Source: Hyaloraphidium curvatum SAG 235-1 (Eukaryota; Fungi; Monoblepharomycota). Taken from it: 64,000 bases of DNA. Below, one piece after another: positions 57,155 through 64,000 of this stretch. The DNA lies in contig JAIVFI010000029.1 in the NCBI GenBank assembly GCA_025558095.1, forward strand, positions 530,753-594,752, written 5' to 3'. Numbering within the stretch: position 1 is the stretch's first letter; each line of letters opens with the position of its first letter. The notes beneath the pieces were generated by a model. It had not been told where the DNA came from and ran no database searches. It worked only from the letters and a program-made list of their open reading frames with translations. Made by a program: the position numbers and the translations under genes.

Positions 57155-59440
57155 TCACCAAAATGCCTTTAGGTCCGGCAGCGCATCCTTCCGCTGCCCC
57201 AGCAGCACGCTCAGCGGCGCTTCCTTCGCCCCGTGCGCCGCACCTTCCTCGTCCGGGTCCGGCGCCCGGAGGCTCCGCGCTTGATACTCGTCCCTGCCCC
57301 AGGTCTCGTGCACCAGCACCCGCGCGTCGAACCGCACCCGCTTGCTCGTCCCCGGTTGCGGGATCGCGACCAGCGGGTCGCTCTCGTGCGCGTCGCCCTC
57401 CTCGGTCCCGCCCGACGACACCTCCGACGCCGTCCCCTTGCTCGAGACCAGCGACTCCCCGCCGCGGATCCGCTCCGTCGCGCACAGGTAGCACGCGCCC
57501 TCGACGTGCAGCGCCCCAGAGTGGGGGCAGGTCCCCGCGCCGCGGCGGGCGCTGCGCAGCAACTGCACCTCCGCCGGCCCGAGCCGGGCATCGGGGGATG
57601 CGAGCAGCCGGGTGAGGAGGGCGTGCGCGGGGCGGTACTGCGGAAGCCCGGAGGATTCCAGCACGGCGAGGCAGGCCCGGGCGTCCGAGGTGATGGCCGC
57701 GTGCAGTTCCAAAGCGCGCGCCTGCTCGGCGGTGGGGGCGGCGGCAATGAGAACCTTGAAGCGGCGGAGGACGAGCACGTGCACCCAGGCGGCGTGGATC
57801 GCGGCGAGGGAGGAGAAGAAGGCGGCGAGGTACGAGGGGGGCGAGGGCGGGCGGGGAAGCGCGGCCAGCGAGCGCGACAGGGAGGAGATGCCGATCGCGG
57901 CGCGGTTCGCCGCCGCGAAGGAGGGCGTGAGGAACCAAGCGTCTGCGTTGGCCGGCAGGGTCGACGAGTCGGAGGTGGCGGTGCCGCTGGAGTTGGATGC
58001 GGAGAGGTCCGAGTGCGACCCCGGAGCAGCAGGGCCGGGGGCCGCCAGTAAGCCCGACGCCTGTTCGAGCGGGTTCTCGAAGAGGTCGGGGCACACGGGG
58101 AGCATGACAACCAGCTGGAGGACCACCAGGATGCCAAAGAGCTGCTCCCGCGCCATATCCGGCAGGCCAGCGAGGGCAGCCATCACGCCGCCAGCATCGC
58201 CGCGCGTCCACGGGTCCGCGACGGCCGGCGGCAGTGCGGATTGGAGCAGGTCCGCGCCCTCCTCGAGGAACTGTCTCCGCCGCATGGCCTCCGCCAGCAT
58301 CTCGTTGGCCAGGAGCGACTCGACGTAGGCGTCGTCGACGTCCAGGGCGCGCGCCGCGGCGGAGGGGGCGGCCCCCTCGCCCGTCTGCCTGAGGACTTCC
58401 TCGGCCACCAGAACGTCGAGCAACGCGAGGCCGGCGTCGGAGCGCAGCCACGTCGAGTACTCGGCGATCTTCTGCAGGGCGAAAAAGACGAGAAATCCGG
58501 CGTACAGCGAGCCCGTGCGGTCCATGGTTCCGATGCTGTGCTGCAGGACTGCTTCGCGGCGGTCTGGGGAGACGCGCGTGCGCTCCAGGGGGTCGAGCCA
58601 GCCGAAAAAGTGCCCGCACCGGAAAGGGGGGGCGCGGTCCAGCAGCTCGTTCGGGATTGGCCCGTTGGGAGGGCGGCGGCCGGGCGGGGCCAAGGAGAGG
58701 TAGGCGTCGCCGGGGAACAGGAACGGCGCGGATGGGAACTCGGCGGCGGGGTCAAACACGGCGGCTGTTCGGGTGGTCGACGCCATCGTCATCTCGAACA
58801 CGGTGGCAATCCAGAAGGCCGACAGGCGGTGCTGCCAGAGCAGCCAGTCGTCCAGGCCGCGGGGATTCACGGGGCAGCGGTCCTCGCCGGGCACGCCGGC
58901 GCGGCGCCACAGGGCCACCAGCTGGCGCACGAACGCGCGAGCGCCCTCGATGCGAGACATTTGCATGTGAAGGAATCCGATCGCCGTCATGAGAGTCCAC
59001 TCGAGGGCGACGAGGTCGACGGAGAGGGGGTCGGAGCGGGCGCGGCGCTGGGCGTCCGGATTTCCCCAGAACGACGAGAGGGCCCGGCGGAGCGCCCCGT
59101 TGAAGCGCGCCTCGAGACGGGAAACGAGGTCCGCGGTGTCGTGGGCGGGCCCGAGCGCGTCGGCCGCCCCGCGGTCGGCGAGCACGCGGGCGCCGATCCA
59201 TTGCCAGACCGACGCGAACAGCGGGTGGCCGAAGAACGCCGCCCACCGCGGGTCGGCGGCGTGGGCGGGCTCTGCAGAGGGCGGCTCGGCGGCGCCGACG
59301 GCCTCGAGGAACGCCTGCCCGGAAAACGGAGAAGCACCGGGCGGAACGGTCGCCGCGAACGCCACGGCCGCCGCCCGCTCGGCAGGGGGGCTCAGGAGGT
59401 CGTCGCCGCCGCTGCTCCACGAGACATCGGATTCGGCCAT
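57155..59440 (-). CDS. Fungal transcription-factor middle-homology-region-like protein with a C-terminal RVxF motif, intronless
   Basis: W..RLSAFWIATVFEMTMAS..AVFDP..P resembles the fungal_TF_MHR core; no N-terminal Zn2Cys6 is visible. Confidence 0.55.
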   Translation of the reverse strand: MAESDVSWSSGGDDLLSPPAERAAAVAFAATVPPGASPFSGQAFLEAVGAAEPPSAEPAHAADPRWAAFFGHPLFASVWQWIGARVLADRGAADALGPAHDTADLVSRLEARFNGALRRALSSFWGNPDAQRRARSDPLSVDLVALEWTLMTAIGFLHMQMSRIEGARAFVRQLVALWRRAGVPGEDRCPVNPRGLDDWLLWQHRLSAFWIATVFEMTMASTTRTAAVFDPAAEFPSAPFLFPGDAYLSLAPPGRRPPNGPIPNELLDRAPPFRCGHFFGWLDPLERTRVSPDRREAVLQHSIGTMDRTGSLYAGFLVFFALQKIAEYSTWLRSDAGLALLDVLVAEEVLRQTGEGAAPSAAARALDVDDAYVESLLANEMLAEAMRRRQFLEEGADLLQSALPPAVADPWTRGDAGGVMAALAGLPDMAREQLFGILVVLQLVVMLPVCPDLFENPLEQASGLLAAPGPAAPGSHSDLSASNSSGTATSDSSTLPANADAWFLTPSFAAANRAAIGISSLSRSLAALPRPPSPPSYLAAFFSSLAAIHAAWVHVLVLRRFKVLIAAAPTAEQARALELHAAITSDARACLAVLESSGLPQYRPAHALLTRLLASPDARLGPAEVQLLRSARRGAGTCPHSGALHVEGACYLCATERIRGGESLVSSKGTASEVSSGGTEEGDAHESDPLVAIPQPGTSKRVRFDARVLVHETWGRDEYQARSLRAPDPDEEGAAHGAKEAPLSVLLGQRKDALPDLKAFW

Positions 59441-59943
59441 CGCTAGGACAGGCGCACGTCGGGACGCTGTCCTAGGCGGGATGCGGTCCGTCCGCCGCGC
59501 GGTCCGCAGCGGGAACGGCCCGGACCGCTGACCAAGACAGGATCTCGGTATTTCCACCGCCTTGGGAAGACCCCCAGAGCTGCACCGGAGGAGTGCGGAA
59601 ACTGGTAAACAACGTCGGCCATGGTCCGTCGTCGGTCCCGACGCACGACGGACGGTTGCGCTCGCTTCGGGCCTCGCCGGCGGGAACCGGCCAGTGTGCG
59701 TGGCAAAGCAAATTTCCGACCTCACTCTCCCCAGCAATCCGGGATCCGATCCTCCGGACGATCAGGCTCTTTCTAGTGCTCGTCGAATAGTCTTGCTACA
59801 ATGTTCCCGCGTTTCCGCTTCCGCCAACAAAAGGGGCCCCGCGCACCCGACCACCACGCGCGCACGGAGCGTTTCGGATCGACCTTGAGAGTCAAAATGC
59901 CCCCCCCCCCCCCCCCCCGCCCACCCGCGAACGTCACCACGAT

Positions 59944-60699
59944 TCACCACCGCTCGACCCAGGGCCGAAGCGCCACCTCGAACGCCCAGGCCGAGCGATG
60001 CTGCCGGTGAAGCTGGAGGTACGTCTCGGCGATGGCGTCCGGATCGAGCTGGTTGTCGTCCACCGCCGTTCCCGCCATCCAGTGCGCCCTCGTCCCGTCC
60101 TCCCGCGTCCACCCGACCGCGCCGTCGATGGGCACATTGGCCACATGGATGCCCTGCGGCATCAACTCGCGCGCCATGCTCTGCGCGAGCCCGGTCTTGG
60201 CCTGGCACGCCATCGCGAAAGCGCCGCTGCCGGGGAAGCCCTTGATGGCCGCCGTGGCGTTGGTGAAGATGACCGTGCCCCGCTTGCCGCCGGCGTCGGG
60301 GGGGTTGGCCAGCATCGCGCGGGCGGCTTGCTGGCCGACGAGGAACGCGCTGAACGAAGAGTTGCGGATCGTCGCGAAGGCAAGCTCGGGGTCGGCCTCG
60401 GCGATTCCCTTCCGGAAAATGCCGGGAACGCGTCCGTCGATGTTGTGAACCACGAGGCGGACCGGGCCGAGGTCGCGGGAGACTGCGACGAACAGGGCCT
60501 CGACCGCCGCCGGGTTCGCCGCGTCGCAGGCATAGAGCCGAACGCCGTGGGACGCCTCGAGCGCGAGGAGCACCGGTTTGGCGGGGTCGCGGGCGGCCAC
60601 GGCGACGCGCAGCCCGTGGGAAGCCAAGAGGCGGGCGCAGCTGGCCGAGATGCCGGGGCCGCCGCCGACGATGAGGGCGACTTCAGGCGCGTTCGCCAT
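59944..60699 (-). CDS. Short-chain dehydrogenase/reductase, bacterial-like, intronless
   Basis: ALIVGGGPGIS, CDA, GTVIFTNATA..KG, GLAQSMARELMPQGIHVA, LHRQHRSAWAFEV.LRPW. Confidence 0.9.
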   Translation of the reverse strand: MANAPEVALIVGGGPGISASCARLLASHGLRVAVAARDPAKPVLLALEASHGVRLYACDAANPAAVEALFVAVSRDLGPVRLVVHNIDGRVPGIFRKGIAEADPELAFATIRNSSFSAFLVGQQAARAMLANPPDAGGKRGTVIFTNATAAIKGFPGSGAFAMACQAKTGLAQSMARELMPQGIHVANVPIDGAVGWTREDGTRAHWMAGTAVDDNQLDPDAIAETYLQLHRQHRSAWAFEVALRPWVERW

Positions 60700-60879
60700 C
60701 GTGAAGAGGGCAGCGGTCGCAGCGACACGTACGCTCCGCAGACCGAATGGACGCACGACGAAACGCGGGTTTCGAAATGCGGAGCGGCAGAACGTTGTCC
60801 GTAACGGTGGTTCAAGGGACTGCGCGGCAACCTCCGCACGCGCAGCACCGCCCAATCCCAAACCCCTGATTCGGCAACC

Positions 60880-61740
60880 GGTTGCCCTCCGAACCCACAG
60901 TGCGTTCGGCGTACCCGTGCCTCCCACCGCCCGCGCACGCTTTCGACCCGCCGCACTGTCCCGTTCTCCTCAGCGAATCGGCAGTCTCGCGCAGCTCGTC
61001 GCCGTGGAGGCAGCTCAGCTCCATCCCCCGCACGGGGCTCCCGCAGCCCGCGGCCGAGGCGGGCGGCAGTCCAGGCAGTTCAACATTATTGCAGGCATCT
61101 CTTCGTATTCCAGCCGTTCCGAGGAGAATAGCTTCTGGATGGCGGTGTCGCGGTGCCAGAGTGGCGCGGGGTTCGACTGATTGTTCGACAAACTCCGCAG
61201 AAGGGGGCGCCAGTAAGATTGATGAACACCGGGGGGCGCTCAGCGCCTGTGATAGAGATCTGATGAACACCGGCGTGCCTCCACCCGAGATCGTCGAACG
61301 AAGCGAGTCCGTGGTCCTGATCTTGGCCAGCCCGAAATCGGAGATCTTTGCCACGCCGTTCTCGTCCACGAGCACATTCTCGCCCTTGAGATGGAGGCGC
61401 AGGATGGGCGTCGGCAGCGAGTGCTGGTGGTTCATCCCGAGCGCGACCTGGAAGAGCAGGTGGTGAACCGCGCGGGTCTCCCATGGCGTTGGCTTGAGCT
61501 TCGTGAGGTAGTCCTTGGCGGTGGCCCCCCATGAGGAGCGTGACGAGGCACATGGGTTTGCGGCACCATCCCATGAGCGGCAGAACTGCGTGATCGTGCC
61601 TTGGTCAGTGGTGGAAACCCGAAACGCGTTGGCCGGAAGGGCTCACCGTTGACGTGCGGAGGCAACCTCCCCCAGACATCCATCTCCTTGTCGACCTCCG
61701 CAATCACACTGCGTCCTACGCCCATGTGCTTGCCCCCTTC
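60880..61740 (-). pseudogene. Degraded TKL protein kinase
   Basis: EMDVWGRLPPH.N, GWCRKPMCLVT, LLFQVALGM, ILRLHLKGENVLVD (catalytic Asp lost), KISDFGL; frameshifts; no N-lobe start. Confidence 0.75.
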
Positions 61741-62120
61741 GAGGGCGGAACGGCCGTGGAGTTTGGACTCGCACCCGGACCGCGACGGAGGACGCCCCGT
61801 CCGCGCCGGGCGGTTCGGCTCGTGCGGAGCCGCAAGTGCCAGCGTCGGAACCCCCCCTGGCGGAGGAGGTGGAGCTGGGCCGCCTGTCGGCGTTCGTGGA
61901 CGCGGCCGAGCCGGCGCAGGGGAACATGGACGAGGCGGCGGTGGTGGCCGAGCTGAGCGCGATCGCGGAGGAGCTCGGGGAGGAGGACGAGGCGTACCCG
62001 GGGTCGCAGGTGTAGGAGCTCGAATCGAGGGTCGCGACACCGCTCGCCAGTCCGTTCCATTCACAGCCGCCTCCATTACTGCGGACCACTGGCTGAGTCA
62101 AACGGCCCACTCCAAGTACC

Positions 62121-63329
62121 ATGCCCGCCCCCCCCGGCGCCCCCTTGCCGTGCCGCCCGGCGGACCCGGCGACTGGCGCCTGCGAGGGGACGGCAAGGCG
62201 GCGGAGCCCGCGGCGGCGCCACTCGCCGCCGCCGCCCGGCGCACCGCGGTTCGTCGCGCCCGACTTCCTCCGCCAGTCCGCGGCGCCGCCGCTGCCGATG
62301 TCCCCGGCGCAGGTCAACTTCGGCCACCTTTTTGTGCTCACCGCGACGCCGCTCGCCGCGCTGTACGGCGTGTGGGCCGTGCCGCTGCGGGGGGCGACGC
62401 TCGCGTGGTGCGTCGCGTACTACTTCTGGAGCACGTTCGGCATCACCGCAGGCTACCACCGTTACTGGGCGCACCGCGCTTACGACGCCGGCCCGCTGCT
62501 GCGCGCGTTCCTGATGCTGGGCGCCACCGGCGCAGTGCAGGGCAGCGCCAGATGGTGGTGCGCCGGCCACCGCAGGCACCACCGCTACACTGACACCAGA
62601 TGGGACCCGTACTCGGCGCGCAAGGGCCTGCTGTGGTCGCACATCGGCTGGCTGCTGACAAAGGAGGACCCGGCTGACCTGGCGCCCGTCGACGCGTCCG
62701 ACCTCGACAGCGATCCCATGGTCGAGTGGCAGCGGCGGTTCTACGACGTGTGCGCCTTCTTCATGGGGTTCGTGTGGCCGGCGATCGTCGCAGGGGTGTG
62801 CTGGGGCGACTGGATGGTGGGCTGTCGCCCGCCGCGCCGGCGCACTCGGACTGATCGATCTCCGTTCCCCCGCGGATATCCCCCCCGCGACGAGCAGGGC
62901 GGCTTCTTCCATGCCGGCGCCGTCCGCCTTACGCTGATCCACCATGCCACTTTCTCCGTCAACTCCCTGGCCCACTACCTCGGCGAGGCGACATACACGG
63001 ACCGGCTCTCGCCGCGCGACTCGTTCATCACGGCGCTCCTCACGGGGGGCGAGGGGTACCACAACTTCCACCACGAGTTCCCGCACGACTACCGCAACGC
63101 GGTGCGCTGGTGGGAGTACGACCCGACCAAGTGGTTCATCCGCGGGGCCGCGTACCTGGGGCTGGCCTGGAACCTGCGGACGATGCCGGACAACGAGGTC
63201 AGGAAGGGGGAGCTGCGACAGCGGGAGAAGAAGCTGGAGCTGGAGAGGGCGGCGCTCGATTGGGGCGAGGTCGACGGCGGCACCGGGGCGGGCGACGGCG
63301 GACAAGTGGGCGGAGGGGCGGGGATGTAA
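62121..63329 (+). CDS. OLE1: Delta-9 acyl-CoA desaturase, OLE1-like, lacking the C-terminal cytochrome b5; intron 62817-62897
   Basis: GITAGYHRYWAH, HRRHHRYTDT..DPY, GEGYHNFHHEFP.DYRN, YDPTKWFI. Confidence 0.9.
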   Translation: MPAPPGAPLPCRPADPATGACEGTARRRSPRRRHSPPPPGAPRFVAPDFLRQSAAPPLPMSPAQVNFGHLFVLTATPLAALYGVWAVPLRGATLAWCVAYYFWSTFGITAGYHRYWAHRAYDAGPLLRAFLMLGATGAVQGSARWWCAGHRRHHRYTDTRWDPYSARKGLLWSHIGWLLTKEDPADLAPVDASDLDSDPMVEWQRRFYDVCAFFMGFVWPAIVAGVCWGDWMVGCRPPRRRTRTDRSPFPRGYPPRDEQGGFFHAGAVRLTLIHHATFSVNSLAHYLGEATYTDRLSPRDSFITALLTGGEGYHNFHHEFPHDYRNAVRWWEYDPTKWFIRGAAYLGLAWNLRTMPDNEVRKGELRQREKKLELERAALDWGEVDGGTGAGDGGQVGGGAGM

Positions 63330-63622
63330 CGGCTCTGACATCTTGGCATTCCTCAATAACGGACTCTATCCTCGGCTATCACGGCCGGGCGGCCCATCCG
63401 GGACCGCTTCGGCCGCCCCACGGTGCCTACCCGTCCGATCTCGCGACCGCGGTGATGTACTGAGCGTTTGCGTCCGCAATGCCCTCCAGGAAGAGACAGG
63501 CACGCTACCCTGGATAAAATGCCGCGGACTGCAGCGAAGATCGCATTTTCATCCCCGTTCCCCCTTTTCCTCCGGTTCGTGGGCCCTCGATCTCCCGCCT
63601 CCAACGACCCATCCCCGACCCT

Positions 63623-63807
63623 TCAGAGCCTCGCCGCGCCCCCCTTCCCCGCCAGCACGTACACGTGCCCCTCCCCCTCCCGCACCAGCTCATCCGGCAC
63701 GTCCCACCCCGTTAGCGGGTCGTGCCCGATCGGCCGCGGCGCGAGGCGGGTGACCGAGGGCGTGGAGGAGAGGGCGATGGGCGGGCGGAGGTTGACGAGC
63801 GTTCCAC
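63623..63807 (-). pseudogene. Orphan terminal exon, probably CoA-transferase family III (CaiB/BaiF) with PTS1; upstream exons replaced by telomere
   Basis: After the CAG acceptor at 63808-63810: GTLVNLRPPIALSSTPSVTRLAPRPIGHDPLTGW..GGAARL*. Confidence 0.55.
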
Positions 63808-63855
63808 CTGGAGCGTACCAACGGCAGTCAATCCGCTGAGCACCGAAGGCGCGCT

Positions 63856-63996
63856 TTAGGTTAGGGTTAGGTTAGGTTAGGTTAGGTTAGGTTAGGTTAG
63901 GTTAGGTTAGGTTAGGTTAGGTTAGGTTAGGTTAGGTTAGGTTAGGTTAGGTTAGGTTAGGTTAGGTTAGGTTAGGTTAGGTTAGGTTAGGTTAGG
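63856..63996 (+). repeat. Telomeric array (TTAGG)n
   Basis: 27 TTAGG units plus one TTAGGG (63861-63866), G-rich strand running toward the end of the sequence. Confidence 0.95.
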
Positions 63997-64000
63997 TTTG

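Noticed and set aside
50407-60699. Bacterial contamination or chimeric contig
   Set aside because: The genes are interleaved with spliced genes, share host composition, are not arranged as an operon, and are contiguous with a telomere.
61760-62014. Acidic plus-strand reading frame (..AELSAIAEELGEEDEAYPGSQV*)
   Set aside because: No clear start or homology; at most a gene remnant.
1-64000. CRISPR arrays, rRNA, tRNA, intact transposons
   Set aside because: No repeat-spacer periodicity, recognisable RNA-gene motifs, or transposase/RT/integrase ORFs were seen.

Overview
High-GC, gene-dense eukaryotic chromosome end. Short GT..AG introns (~45-85 nt, often with a GCTGAC-like branch site) and fungal-type genes (DUF1769, HAM1/DUF4449-like, OLE1-like) suggest an early-diverging fungus; a Monoblepharidomycete such as Hyaloraphidium is my inference, not proven. 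Left part: housekeeping genes (ETF-QO, ZnT9-like CDF transporter, bestrophin), a decaying tandem F-box pair and an intronless APH-family kinase. Middle: two convergent cytosolic RI-type LRR/non-RD kinases flanking a secreted Kelch gene, cysteine synthase, a membrane hybrid histidine kinase, a bacterial-type adenylyl cyclase fused to hemerythrin, and a VOC protein ending in SKL. Right part: an intronless three-gene NDP-sugar set (His-type PLP 3-dehydratase, YerE-like TPP enzyme, NAD-dependent reductase/epimerase) resembling branched 3,6-dideoxysugar (yersiniose-type) biosynthesis, a TF-like gene, a bacterial-like SDR, a kinase pseudogene and a b5-less delta-9 desaturase. The window ends in a (TTAGG)n telomere placed inside an intron of a truncated CoA-transferase III-like gene. 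The best candidates for undescribed systems are the sugar cluster, the putative O2-sensing cyclase, a shared Cys4 pro-module on secreted proteins with different cargo domains, and the LRR-kinase pair. All family calls come from motif recognition by eye; no database searches were run.
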